This document shows positions 27,847 through 36,995 of a stretch of DNA of 64,000 bases, piece by piece. Location of the stretch: assembly GCA_016284295.1 (NCBI GenBank), contig JAEEOP010000033.1:7735-71734 (forward strand), written 5' to 3'. Within the stretch, counting starts at the first letter, position 1. Every line of letters starts with the position of its first letter. This stretch comes from Methanomassiliicoccaceae archaeon. GTDB lineage: Archaea > Thermoplasmatota > Thermoplasmata > Methanomassiliicoccales > Methanomethylophilaceae. Under the pieces are notes generated by a model. It had not been told where the DNA came from and ran no database searches. It saw only the letters and a list, made by a program, of their open reading frames with translations. A program made the translations under genes and the position numbers.

Positions 27847-28344
27847 TCACTTGATCAGAACGCTGGCGACGCCGCGGCAGGACTTGAGCATCATGATGAC
27901 GTTCTCCTGCAGCTTGCCCTCGACGACGATCTCCAGCGTGGACCTGTCCCATTCGCCGCTGTTGCTGACGACGGCCTGCTTGAGGGTGATGCCTGAATTG
28001 TAGAGGACGGTCGTGACATCCGCTATGATGCCGGGGATCCTGGAATCGGTCGGGATGATGACCAATGCGGAGCATCCTATCTCATCGGCCATGTCTATCA
28101 TGGACAGCATGGGCCTGAGCTTGGAGAATATGCGGTCGAGCTCCGGTATGGACGAGATGTGTTCGAGTGTCGTACGTACGACACGTCTGTCCACCTCGCA
28201 GGCGCGGGCTATGCCTGCATCGGTCTGTTCGACATCCCCGCAATAGGCGACGCCGTTCTGTACCCTGATCCCATACTCGAGCAGCTTCTTCGCCACCTTC
28301 CTCTGAGAAGGATACCTCTTCAGCAGAGCAGTAACCTGTTCCAT
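27847..28344 (-). CDS. ACT-domain regulator of amino acid metabolism (COG2150-type)
   Basis: YPSQRKVAKKLLEYGIRV, IARACEVDRRVVRTT HTH, PGIIADVT ACT domain. Confidence 0.85.
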   Translation of the reverse strand: MEQVTALLKRYPSQRKVAKKLLEYGIRVQNGVAYCGDVEQTDAGIARACEVDRRVVRTTLEHISSIPELDRIFSKLRPMLSMIDMADEIGCSALVIIPTDSRIPGIIADVTTVLYNSGITLKQAVVSNSGEWDRSTLEIVVEGKLQENVIMMLKSCRGVASVLIK

Positions 28345-28517
28345 AAAATCTCATCGACTTAGCATATAAAAATAGTGTCGGTCAGTGGGCATTTTTTATG
28401 AAGATTCGTCAATAAAAATCATCATTGCACATTTTTCTATAAAAACAGCGCTTTCTGTTCCTAGTCTTCTATACCCGTGTTAAAAAGTCCCTATTATCAG
28501 TCTGTTTTAGGCTCATC

Positions 28518-29183
28518 TTAGGCTTTTTTCCACGTCTGCCAATAGATCGCGGTCCCCTGTCCTTCCTTGGTTTCGGGGGTCGGATAGGTGTCGGCAATCA
28601 ACGTAGCCACCTTGGGGAACGTCTTGCGATTGGACATCATGAACTGCGACAGCGGAGCCGGGACCGTGCTCAGGATCCTTCCGTCCATGTCGATAGATGT
28701 GCAGTCCGGATTGAATTCCACCCCGAGTATCTCCGATATCTTCTCGGCCAACTGCGTGCCCCTCTCCGATGCGGGAAGTATGACTGCTGAAGGGACCACA
28801 CGGTCGATTATATCGCATATGGTGATCGAATACACGTTGGAGTCGTAGCATTCGGAACCTTTGTCCCTCACATGGTAGATGGTCCCGGCACCGCATCCGA
28901 AGACTGACGGGTAAAGGGGCTTCAGGTCCTGACCTCCGAATATCACTGCGTATGTGCGCCCCTCGTTGATCCCGGTGGCTCTGGACAGCGCCTGCATGCT
29001 GCAATCGGATATCCTAGGTCCTTCGGGGCAGTGCAGCACCTCCAGCCATACTAGGACTCCGTCCGCGGTGGACTGGTCCAGATCGTATCTGTCCAGCATC
29101 CCCGGCGGGAGCTCGTTGTCGTCGCGGCCGTCGCCGGTAGAGCATGACGAGCACGTGGAGCAGGACCCTCCGCTGCAGCCCAT
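28518..29183 (-). CDS. Stand-alone ETF alpha N-terminal-domain-like protein with Cys-rich leader
   Basis: VLVWLE, FGCGAGTIYHV, PSAVILPASERGTQLAEKIS..LGV...DCT resemble ETF-alpha domain I; no FAD-binding domain. Confidence 0.65.
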   Translation of the reverse strand: MGCSGGSCSTCSSCSTGDGRDDNELPPGMLDRYDLDQSTADGVLVWLEVLHCPEGPRISDCSMQALSRATGINEGRTYAVIFGGQDLKPLYPSVFGCGAGTIYHVRDKGSECYDSNVYSITICDIIDRVVPSAVILPASERGTQLAEKISEILGVEFNPDCTSIDMDGRILSTVPAPLSQFMMSNRKTFPKVATLIADTYPTPETKEGQGTAIYWQTWKKA

Positions 29184-29260
29184 ATCAGGGCCTCCTCTGG
29201 GATGTCAGGACATCATACATGCCATTCCGATGGGGGTCATGATATAAAAGTGGGAATAGG

Positions 29261-29278
29261 GGGCCCCTTCCGGGGCCC
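29261..29278 (-). terminator. Hairpin downstream of Zn-ribbon gene
   Basis: GGGCCCC-TTCC-GGGGCCC, 5 nt past the stop at 29284. Confidence 0.5.
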
Positions 29279-29283
29279 GGGTT

Positions 29284-30570
29284 TCAATTGTTGTTTATGC
29301 GCCTGCTGGTGGTGCGTTTGTAGAGGAAGGTATCGCTCTGACGCTCGATCTTCATGCTTCCGCTACGGTAGTAGTTCCTGGCGCCGTGCTGGAACTCGAC
29401 GGACTTCAGTTTGGACTTGAAGTGCGAGTAGAAGATCGCTGCCGCGATACCTCCGAATATCAGACCCATGACGAGTCCAGAGATGAGGTCTCCCTCGGAG
29501 GACAGGAACATTATTCCAAAGAATACCGCGAACACCAGCGCGAATATCCCTGCGGTCGCTCCGCCCAGCTTGAGCATGTCCGCCGGGAGGTTGCCGACCA
29601 TCTTGCCGGTCTGACCGTTCATTGCGAAGATGAATTTCCGTCCGTTCCAATCCGTGTTCATGAGCCACACGGGGTACAGGACGTAGTTGACGGTGGATGA
29701 TCTGGCGGAGATGTCGCTTCTCTCCACGCTGACCGTATCGTATCCGTTGACGGTGGTCTGGAACTGCTCGGCGGCGCCGTCGGCCATCCTCTGTCTGGCA
29801 CGGGGACGCTGCTGGTCCTGGTCCAGGTCGTACTTGTCGGCCACGTATCCGGACAGGTATCCGGTCGTGAAGTCCGCGGCCTGGTCGTAGTCGAAGGGCT
29901 CGATGGATTCCATGAGGTCGTCGGGCATCTTTGTCGATCCGTCCACGGGGACATGGTCGAACGAGATCTGTCCGGACCTCTTGACATCGTAGTACTTCGT
30001 CTCCGTGTACTCGGTGTCACCGGAGGTCCACTTGTGCACGGTGGTGCACCTGTATGTGACGTCCGCATCGAGGTCCGCATCGTACACCCAGAACGGGACA
30101 TACAGGCCCTTGATCTCCTCGAGCCTGTTGTTCTCGATGAACTTCTTGGGGACGAACCTCTGTCCTCCGCAGTGCTTCTTCAGACCCTCTATGGCCTGCT
30201 CCTTCGTCTGCTTGAACGGCATGACCTTGTCGGGCTTCAGCACACCGCTGAGACGTCCCTTCAGGATGACCGCGTTGCCGCAGTACGGGCAGATCGTGGC
30301 CGATGTGGTCTCTTCCGAGTAGATGTTTCCTCCGCAGGAGTTGCACTGGTACTCTGTCATACCGTACAGCTCCTTCTCGGACCACTCCATTCCTCCGTCG
30401 GATGCGAGATCCACGTTGTCCGCAGCTACGGACAGGTCCCCCTCGTTCTTCATCGTAGTGGACACATCGAACTCGCTGTCGCAGTACGGACATTTGACCA
30501 TCTGCGACCCGGCGTCGAACTGCAGCGTTGCACCGCAGCACGGGCATTTGTGATCGAAAGTATCAGACAT
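29284..30570 (-). CDS. Double zinc-ribbon membrane protein (SPFH-operon associated)
   Basis: ATG at 30570; CPCCG..CPYCD, CNSCGG..CPYCG, YVPFWVYD, MNGQTGKMVG; two C-terminal TM helices. Confidence 0.85.
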   Translation of the reverse strand: MSDTFDHKCPCCGATLQFDAGSQMVKCPYCDSEFDVSTTMKNEGDLSVAADNVDLASDGGMEWSEKELYGMTEYQCNSCGGNIYSEETTSATICPYCGNAVILKGRLSGVLKPDKVMPFKQTKEQAIEGLKKHCGGQRFVPKKFIENNRLEEIKGLYVPFWVYDADLDADVTYRCTTVHKWTSGDTEYTETKYYDVKRSGQISFDHVPVDGSTKMPDDLMESIEPFDYDQAADFTTGYLSGYVADKYDLDQDQQRPRARQRMADGAAEQFQTTVNGYDTVSVERSDISARSSTVNYVLYPVWLMNTDWNGRKFIFAMNGQTGKMVGNLPADMLKLGGATAGIFALVFAVFFGIMFLSSEGDLISGLVMGLIFGGIAAAIFYSHFKSKLKSVEFQHGARNYYRSGSMKIERQSDTFLYKRTTSRRINNN

Positions 30571-30578
30571 ATTATCAC

Positions 30579-31946
30579 TCAACTCTTGTTTCCGAACGGA
30601 CTGCCACACTCGGGACAGAACTTGGGGACCTTGGTCGGATCCTCGGGGGTCCATCCGCAATTGTCGCATTTTGCAGGAGCTGCCTCGGGTCTCTTGGCAC
30701 CGCACTCCTGACAGAATTTGCCTTTGTTCACCGCACCGCACGAGCACTTCCATCCTTCCTCCGGCCTCTTGGAGCCGCACTCGGGACAGAACTTTCCGGC
30801 AGCCATGGCACCGCACGAGCATTTCCACATGTCTGCGGACATCTGCTGGGTCCCCTGCTGCTGAGAGGTCCCCTGTCTGGGAGCGTATCCCTGCTGTTGG
30901 GAGTATCCCTGCTGTTGCTGATAGCCCTGCTGCTGGTTCGCCATGTTGTAGTATCCTTGTGCGTTCATGCTTCCTCCGCCCATCTGGCCCAGCATACCGA
31001 TACCCATGAGTCCGGTGACCGCACCGGCCTCGTTGCTGGCAGCGGCCTTGAGGGCCTCGGCCTGGGCTCCCACAAGGGTCGCACCAGCCATACTGGGGTC
31101 ACGGAGGATAGCGGTCTTCTGCGCCTCCTTGATCATCTGGGCGTCCTCTTCGGGCAGGGTCAGGGATCCGATGGCTATGGATACCACGACGATTCCGCGA
31201 AGCTGGGACCATTTATCGGAGAGGGCGTCGTTCATTGCCAACTGGAGATCGTCCACATGGGCGACGATCTGGTTGGGACGGAGCCCCATGTCCGACATCT
31301 TTCCGAATCCCGGCTGGAGGGCCGCGGCGAACTCCGTCTTGAGCTGGCCGTCGATCTCGCCTCTCGTGTACTTCTCGGATACGTTACCGCACACGTTGAC
31401 ATAGAACAGAATCGGGTCCGCAATCTTATACGAGAACGTTCCCGAGCAAGTGACTGCGACGTCGATATCGAGGTTGATGTTCATATCGACGACACGGAAC
31501 GGTATGGGGTTGGTTGTCTTGAACTTGTTGTCGATGATCTCTTTGGTGTTGATGTAGTAGACGCGCTGGTCCTTGCCGGTGTCCCCGCCGTAGGCGAAAC
31601 GTCCGAACATCGTCTTGAATGTGTTGATGATGCTCTTTCCGAGGCTACCTGCGAAGACGCTGGGCTCGGTGGACTTATCGAATGTGTACTGTCCGGGTTC
31701 GGCACAGACCTCAACGATCCTTCCCTGCTCGACGATCAGCATGCACTGACCGTCCGCAACAGCGATTCCGGATCCGTTGGAGATGATGTTGTCATTTCCG
31801 CTCGTGTTCGTGGAGCGGGGTCCTGTACGCTTTACCCCTTTTACCATCAGCACGTCCGGAGGCATGGACTCGCAGTAGAAGAATTCCTTCCACTGGTCGG
31901 CCAAGGTACCTCCTACCGCGCCGGTTATCGCCTTGATTAGACCCAT
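30579..31946 (-). CDS. SPFH (band 7)-domain protein with Q-rich linker and C-terminal zinc ribbons
   Basis: MGLIKA..LADQWKE, IAVADGQCMLIVEQG, QQQGY repeats, WKCSCG..GKFCPECG repeated. Confidence 0.88.
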   Translation of the reverse strand: MGLIKAITGAVGGTLADQWKEFFYCESMPPDVLMVKGVKRTGPRSTNTSGNDNIISNGSGIAVADGQCMLIVEQGRIVEVCAEPGQYTFDKSTEPSVFAGSLGKSIINTFKTMFGRFAYGGDTGKDQRVYYINTKEIIDNKFKTTNPIPFRVVDMNINLDIDVAVTCSGTFSYKIADPILFYVNVCGNVSEKYTRGEIDGQLKTEFAAALQPGFGKMSDMGLRPNQIVAHVDDLQLAMNDALSDKWSQLRGIVVVSIAIGSLTLPEEDAQMIKEAQKTAILRDPSMAGATLVGAQAEALKAAASNEAGAVTGLMGIGMLGQMGGGSMNAQGYYNMANQQQGYQQQQGYSQQQGYAPRQGTSQQQGTQQMSADMWKCSCGAMAAGKFCPECGSKRPEEGWKCSCGAVNKGKFCQECGAKRPEAAPAKCDNCGWTPEDPTKVPKFCPECGSPFGNKS

Positions 31947-32036
31947 GTTGACGGTATGTGTTTCTTACAATAAAACTGATACTCTGACAGTTTGGTTTTT
32001 GTACCCTTACATGCGTCCATCCATCGGAGCACGGAT

Positions 32037-32477
32037 ATGTCGTCGAAACCTTCAATGTTGGTCATTGCGGCTGTGATTATAGCGGTCTCGATAGCAGTGG
32101 CCGTGCAGCTCGGACAGCCGGATGCCGTCAGGGCCGCAGACGATGCGGTCTTAGAAACGGCGGACCCTGCGGAGTCGGATATCATGGATGAAGGAGTTAT
32201 CAATGTCAAGGCAGGAGAGGAGTTCAGAATAACGCTCAGAGGGAACGTCACTACCGGCTTCCATTGGTTCGCCACCTCGTACGACGGTCTCAGGCTCGTC
32301 AGGGACTGGTACGCGACGGATGTGGTCGACGGCCCGCCCAGATGCGGTGTCGGAGGCAAGCACACGTTCGTGTTCTCAGCCGATGAGGCGGGCACGTACA
32401 GGATCGTGCTCGACTATGCCCGTCAGTGGGAGGGCCATCCCATAGAGACCGAGACGTACACCGTGACCGTCGAATGA
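32037..32477 (+). CDS. Chagasin/I42 protease-inhibitor domain protein, secreted or anchored
   Basis: LRGNVTTGFHW, GVGGKHTFVF, LDYARQWE motifs after a signal anchor. Confidence 0.88.
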   Translation: MSSKPSMLVIAAVIIAVSIAVAVQLGQPDAVRAADDAVLETADPAESDIMDEGVINVKAGEEFRITLRGNVTTGFHWFATSYDGLRLVRDWYATDVVDGPPRCGVGGKHTFVFSADEAGTYRIVLDYARQWEGHPIETETYTVTVE

Positions 32478-33482
32478 TCATCCGGATAGGTCGTACGAAA
32501 TCCTGCCCTTCGCGCCCGTCACTGTGAACGTGGCCTTGGCACCGTTTATGAAGGTCATCCTAGGTGCCTTGTGGCCGATATCGGCATCGAAGACCTTGGG
32601 CACGTCGTAATCCTTCAGACAGTCTAGGATGACTTCCCTGTAGTCCCCGCCCTTGTAGAACAGCGGTCTGCCGAAAACGAATCCGCTCACACCCTCGAAC
32701 CACCCGTCATCGGACATGCCCTCGAACATCTTCCTGACCCTGGCCTCGTCCATGTCGTAGGTCTCCATGTACCATATGATGCCATCCTTGGCATACCTGC
32801 CGGTGAACCCTGACATGTCGACGATGCCCTTTCTCTGATACCATTCGAGGACGTCCATGCATCCGCCGATCAGCCTTCCGGAGAACTCGGCATCGCCGTC
32901 CGGACACTCCCAGATGACGACCTTCTCCTCGTTGTAAGGCTCCAGCCCGGTCTCCCTCTCGGAGAATCCGTCCTGATACATCAGGAACGATTCCTGCTCC
33001 GTCCTCTTCCCTTCGAGGAACTCGAGGTTCTCCTCCACGGCGCGATGCCACGGCTCCATCCCGAAGTCGCCGAAGTTGCTGCCGTATATGGTGGCGATGT
33101 CATGCTCCGCGGTTATCTTGAACAGGAGGACGGTGTTGTCCGAGAACCCCTGTATCCACTTGGGATGCCTCTCTATGAAATCCCAGTCCATGCCCATCAG
33201 CATCTCGCACTGGTAGTCCCCTCCGCTGGCGGAGATCACCACGCCGACCCTGTCATCTTCCAGAAGGCTCCCGAGCTCCATCACGCGCTGCATCATGGGC
33301 GAGCTCCTGCCGGTCTCGTCCGCAGTGTGGACGTTGGGTGTCTCAAGGACGCGGTACCCTCTCTCAAGGAGCTTCTCCTTGCCGTGGTCGAAGCGTGCGA
33401 TATCCACCGGGTCGACCACGCCGAACGAGGGTGCGGTCACGCCTATCAGGTCGCCTTCCTTGAGGAATTTCGGGATTATCAT
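32478..33482 (-). CDS. S66 peptidase (LD-carboxypeptidase/MccF-like)
   Basis: GDLIGVTAPS, SGGD, QGFSDNT (Ser), YMET (Glu), DIGHKAP (His). Confidence 0.9.
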   Translation of the reverse strand: MIIPKFLKEGDLIGVTAPSFGVVDPVDIARFDHGKEKLLERGYRVLETPNVHTADETGRSSPMMQRVMELGSLLEDDRVGVVISASGGDYQCEMLMGMDWDFIERHPKWIQGFSDNTVLLFKITAEHDIATIYGSNFGDFGMEPWHRAVEENLEFLEGKRTEQESFLMYQDGFSERETGLEPYNEEKVVIWECPDGDAEFSGRLIGGCMDVLEWYQRKGIVDMSGFTGRYAKDGIIWYMETYDMDEARVRKMFEGMSDDGWFEGVSGFVFGRPLFYKGGDYREVILDCLKDYDVPKVFDADIGHKAPRMTFINGAKATFTVTGAKGRISYDLSG

Positions 33483-33541
33483 GATGCCATGAATCGGAAG
33501 ATAAGAGATAATCTTTATCGGCCCGCACCGATGACGGTGGC

Positions 33542-34033
33542 ATGGCGATACTGTCGGACAAGGACATCTTGGAAGGAATGGAGACCGGATATCTGGGGAT
33601 CAGCGACTACCACGAGAGGGGACTGACCCCCAACGGCTACGACCTCCGCATCAAGGAGATCATGGTAAGAGGGGACCTGGACCTCAAGACCGAAGGGAAT
33701 GTCACGATCCCTCCGAGGACCATGTTCTACGTGTCCACCATCGAGAGGGTGAGGATGCCCAAGGATGTCTGCGCGCAGCTGTGGCTGAGGACCACATGGA
33801 TCAGGAAGGGTGTCATAGGCTCCTTCGGGAAGATAGATGCGGGATTCGAGGGAACATTGACCCTCGGAGCGTACAACGCGACCGACGATCCGATAGAGCT
33901 GCCGATAGGCGAGAGGTTCTGCCAGATGGTCTTCGAGACGCTGAACAGCGGTACCATCAAGGATTATTCCGAAAGGAGCGGACACTACCAGGGGCAGACC
34001 GGCGTGACCCTCGAGCAGATAAGGAAGGACTGA
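33542..34033 (+). CDS. dcd: dCTP deaminase
   Basis: ILSDKDI, PNGYDLR, LRTTWIRKG, IDAGFEGTLTL, RFCQMVF, YQGQTGVT. Confidence 0.9.
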   Translation: MAILSDKDILEGMETGYLGISDYHERGLTPNGYDLRIKEIMVRGDLDLKTEGNVTIPPRTMFYVSTIERVRMPKDVCAQLWLRTTWIRKGVIGSFGKIDAGFEGTLTLGAYNATDDPIELPIGERFCQMVFETLNSGTIKDYSERSGHYQGQTGVTLEQIRKD

Positions 34034-35032
34034 TCAGAGCTTAGTTATCCTCATAGAATAGACGCTCATCGTGGGGGAGTAGGTCTTCAGCTCGTAGCTG
34101 TCGATGGCTATGCTGTGGCCCAGCTCTCCCATGTCCTTTTCCAGCTTTTCGCAGAATCCAGGGAACTCGGCCCTCTCGATGATCTTGTACATGTGGGCGA
34201 TCGAGCCGGCATGCATCCTGTCCAGCGCATATCTCAGGAACCTATCGGCTATCTGGGGGAGGTTCATGATCACATGATCGGCCTCCGGCAGGTCGTAGAT
34301 CAGCTTGGAGGAGTCGCCGGTCATCGGCACTATGCAGTCGACATGGTTCTTTTCCGCATTGATCCTGGCGAAGTGCTCGGCCTCAGGGTTGAGGTCTATC
34401 GAATAGACCACTTTAGGATGTGAGAGTTTCCCGATGACCGTGCCGAACGGCGCTACGCCGGCAAACATGTCTATGACGACATCCCCGTCCTTGACCATCT
34501 GCGCTATCCTGGACCTCTCCGATGACAGCCTGGGATTGAAGTACACCTTGGAAGGGTCTGTATAGAGGTTGACCCCGAACTCCTTATGGACGGTCTCCGA
34601 GGTCCCTTCTCCGGCGATCTTCTCCAGGTCCCTTATCCTGAAGTCGCCCTTGACCCCGTAGTCATGGAACACCACGCGGATGTTCTTGTTCACTTTGATG
34701 AGGGCCTCTCCTATCTGCGTCCTGTACTCCCAGAGCTCATCAGGGATCTTGATCATCGCGACATCGCCGACCACGTCGAACGAGCTGGGGAGGTCCTTCC
34801 TCAGATTCTCGGGAACATCGGCTATCTCTGTGTAATCCGAGACCTTGTGCTCCTGGACGGCGAGCTCGGCATCCACGACCTCGTAATCCTCGAAGGAGCC
34901 GCAGGTGATGGGGATGAGAAGGCAGTCGCCGTCCGAGCGGATCTTAGCATCGAGGTCCAGATGTCCTTCGTCGAAGAGAGCGGCGCGTACCCTCTCCCCT
35001 TCCTTCTTCGGGACCCTGATGCATCTGGTCAT
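34034..35032 (-). CDS. trm5: Trm5/Met-10+ family tRNA methyltransferase
   Basis: SFDVVGDVAMI, VYFNPRLSSER, IDMFAGVAPF, IDLNP, IMNLP. Confidence 0.85.
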   Translation of the reverse strand: MTRCIRVPKKEGERVRAALFDEGHLDLDAKIRSDGDCLLIPITCGSFEDYEVVDAELAVQEHKVSDYTEIADVPENLRKDLPSSFDVVGDVAMIKIPDELWEYRTQIGEALIKVNKNIRVVFHDYGVKGDFRIRDLEKIAGEGTSETVHKEFGVNLYTDPSKVYFNPRLSSERSRIAQMVKDGDVVIDMFAGVAPFGTVIGKLSHPKVVYSIDLNPEAEHFARINAEKNHVDCIVPMTGDSSKLIYDLPEADHVIMNLPQIADRFLRYALDRMHAGSIAHMYKIIERAEFPGFCEKLEKDMGELGHSIAIDSYELKTYSPTMSVYSMRITKL

Positions 35033-35089
35033 GATCCGACCAATGCGAATACGGATAAAAATACCATGGCCGGTCGCCCGGCCACGGTC

Positions 35090-35890
35090 TCATTGGGTGA
35101 TGCTGACCCTCTTGGGCAGCACGTACAGGTCCCCTTCGGAATCAATACCGACGGAGGCCTCGACGCCGTACACGTCCTTGATCAGTTCCGGGGTGATGAC
35201 CTTCTTCGGCTCTCCGACGGCCACCAGCTCCCCTTTCTTCATGATCACGCACAGGTCGCAGTACCTCGCCATCAGGGAGATGTCGTGCTCCGCGACAAGG
35301 ATCGTCATGTCCTTCTTGACCATGGCCTTCAGGTACTCCATGACCTCGAGCTTGAACTTCATGTCAAGGTGGGACGTGGGCTCGTCGACCAGCATCAACC
35401 TGGGCTCCTGCACGTAGGCCTTGGCGATCAGCACACGCTGCTGCTCTCCGGAGGAGAGCATGTTGAGGGCGCGGTCCTGAAGATGATGGACACCGAACTT
35501 CTCCAGCGTCTCCTCCACGAGGGTCTCGTCCTCGTCGGTCTCCCACCACATGTTCTGCAGATAGGGATATCTTCCGAGCATGACGGTCTCGAACACGGTC
35601 AGTCCGAAGGATGCGGTCATCTCCGCCGGCACGTTGGACACCAGCTTGGCGACCTCCGTGGGGGTCTTCGGTATGACCGATTCCCCGTCGATGAGGATGT
35701 CCCCGCTGGTGAGCATGTGCATCTTGTTGATGCATCTCATCATCGTGGTCTTCCCGCAGCCGTTGGGCCCGATGAGGCCTACGAGCTTTCCCGATGGGAT
35801 CGAGAAGCTTACATCCCTGTCGGCATGGTAGCCGTTTTCGTATATCTTATCCAAATGACGGATCTCTAATAACGGAACCTCATCATCCAT
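35090..35890 (-). CDS. ABC transporter ATP-binding protein (FecE/BtuD-like)
   Basis: GPNGCGKTT, LSSGEQQR, LVDEPTSHLD, AEHD. Confidence 0.92.
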   Translation of the reverse strand: MDDEVPLLEIRHLDKIYENGYHADRDVSFSIPSGKLVGLIGPNGCGKTTMMRCINKMHMLTSGDILIDGESVIPKTPTEVAKLVSNVPAEMTASFGLTVFETVMLGRYPYLQNMWWETDEDETLVEETLEKFGVHHLQDRALNMLSSGEQQRVLIAKAYVQEPRLMLVDEPTSHLDMKFKLEVMEYLKAMVKKDMTILVAEHDISLMARYCDLCVIMKKGELVAVGEPKKVITPELIKDVYGVEASVGIDSEGDLYVLPKRVSITQ

Positions 35891-36995
35891 TGTACATCTT
35901 CCCCCTTATGAACAGAAGGTAGGCGAACACAGGCACGCCTATCAAAGTAGTAATGGCTCCCACAGGGAGCTCGTTTCCAGGAATTATCATTCTCGCCGCC
36001 AGGTCTGCGGCCATCATCAGCACGCCTCCCAGGGCTATCGATCCCGGGAGCACCAGGCGGTGGTCGCCTCCGAACAGCATACGGCACAGGTGGGGCACCA
36101 CCAGTCCGACGAAACCGATGATACCGCAGAACGCGACGCAGAAGGCCGTCATTATGGACGCCAGGGTAAGGATCATGGCGTTGAACCTCTTCACGTTCAG
36201 GCCCATCTGCCTCGCCTGTCCCTCTCCCAGAAGCACCAGGTTCATCTCCTTGGCGTACCTGAAGATGAACAGGCTGATTATGATCACAGGGATCAGGATG
36301 AAGATCGCCTTCTCCCAGGTGATGTTAGAGAAGGATCCGAACAGCCACAGCATGACGTTGGAGACCTTGTTCCCCGAGAACACGATCATTATTGTCTGGG
36401 CGGCACCGAACACCAGTCCGATGACGACTCCCGACAGGACGTAGGCGTTGGTCGTTCCTCCGGCGCGGAGGGCCAGGGCCATGGTGAGCAGGAACGCGAC
36501 CAGTCCTCCCACGATCGCCGCCACGGCGATCAGGTAGATCGAGTATGCGGACATCAGTCCGAAGAACGTGAAGTCGAATGCGATCACGGCTATCGCCAGG
36601 GTGCCCGCTCCCGAGGACACTCCCATGATGTACGGGTCCACGAGCGGGTTCCTGATGACGGCCTGATAGGCCGCACCGGCTACGGACAGTCCCAATCCGA
36701 CGGCCAGGGCCGCTATCGCCCTGGGCGTGCGCGAGCTGTAGATCAGGATCTCGTCCGGGCTCATGACCGAGCCGTCCTTCCCTATGGCCGAGAACAGGCT
36801 CGTCAGCGCCGTTATCGGATCCACGATCTTCGTGGGTCCGATGCATAGCATCGCCAGGAACATTATCACGGAGAGGACGGTCCCCAGGAGCACTATCATC
36901 TTCATCCTGTGCCTCTTCCTCTGCATGTGGGTATCGCCGCCTCCGTCCAGGAAGCGCTTGGCGGATGCCCTGAAGCTCCTTTCCTCGTCAGACAT
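35883..36995 (-). CDS. FecCD/BtuC-family permease
   Basis: IRNPLVDPYIMGVSSGA, GEGQARQMG, GFVGLVVPHLCR, ELPVGAIT. Confidence 0.92.
   Translation of the reverse strand: MSDEERSFRASAKRFLDGGGDTHMQRKRHRMKMIVLLGTVLSVIMFLAMLCIGPTKIVDPITALTSLFSAIGKDGSVMSPDEILIYSSRTPRAIAALAVGLGLSVAGAAYQAVIRNPLVDPYIMGVSSGAGTLAIAVIAFDFTFFGLMSAYSIYLIAVAAIVGGLVAFLLTMALALRAGGTTNAYVLSGVVIGLVFGAAQTIMIVFSGNKVSNVMLWLFGSFSNITWEKAIFILIPVIIISLFIFRYAKEMNLVLLGEGQARQMGLNVKRFNAMILTLASIMTAFCVAFCGIIGFVGLVVPHLCRMLFGGDHRLVLPGSIALGGVLMMAADLAARMIIPGNELPVGAITTLIGVPVFAYLLFIRGKMYNG

Noticed and set aside
29284-30828. 514-aa version of the Zn-ribbon gene
   Set aside because: The N-terminal extension is an off-frame reading of the SPFH 3' end; ATG at 30570 follows the SPFH stop
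30850-30935. Short CCCTGCTG repeats as a possible CRISPR or VNTR
   Set aside because: They encode the QQQGY low-complexity linker of the SPFH protein; no spacers and no cas genes in the window
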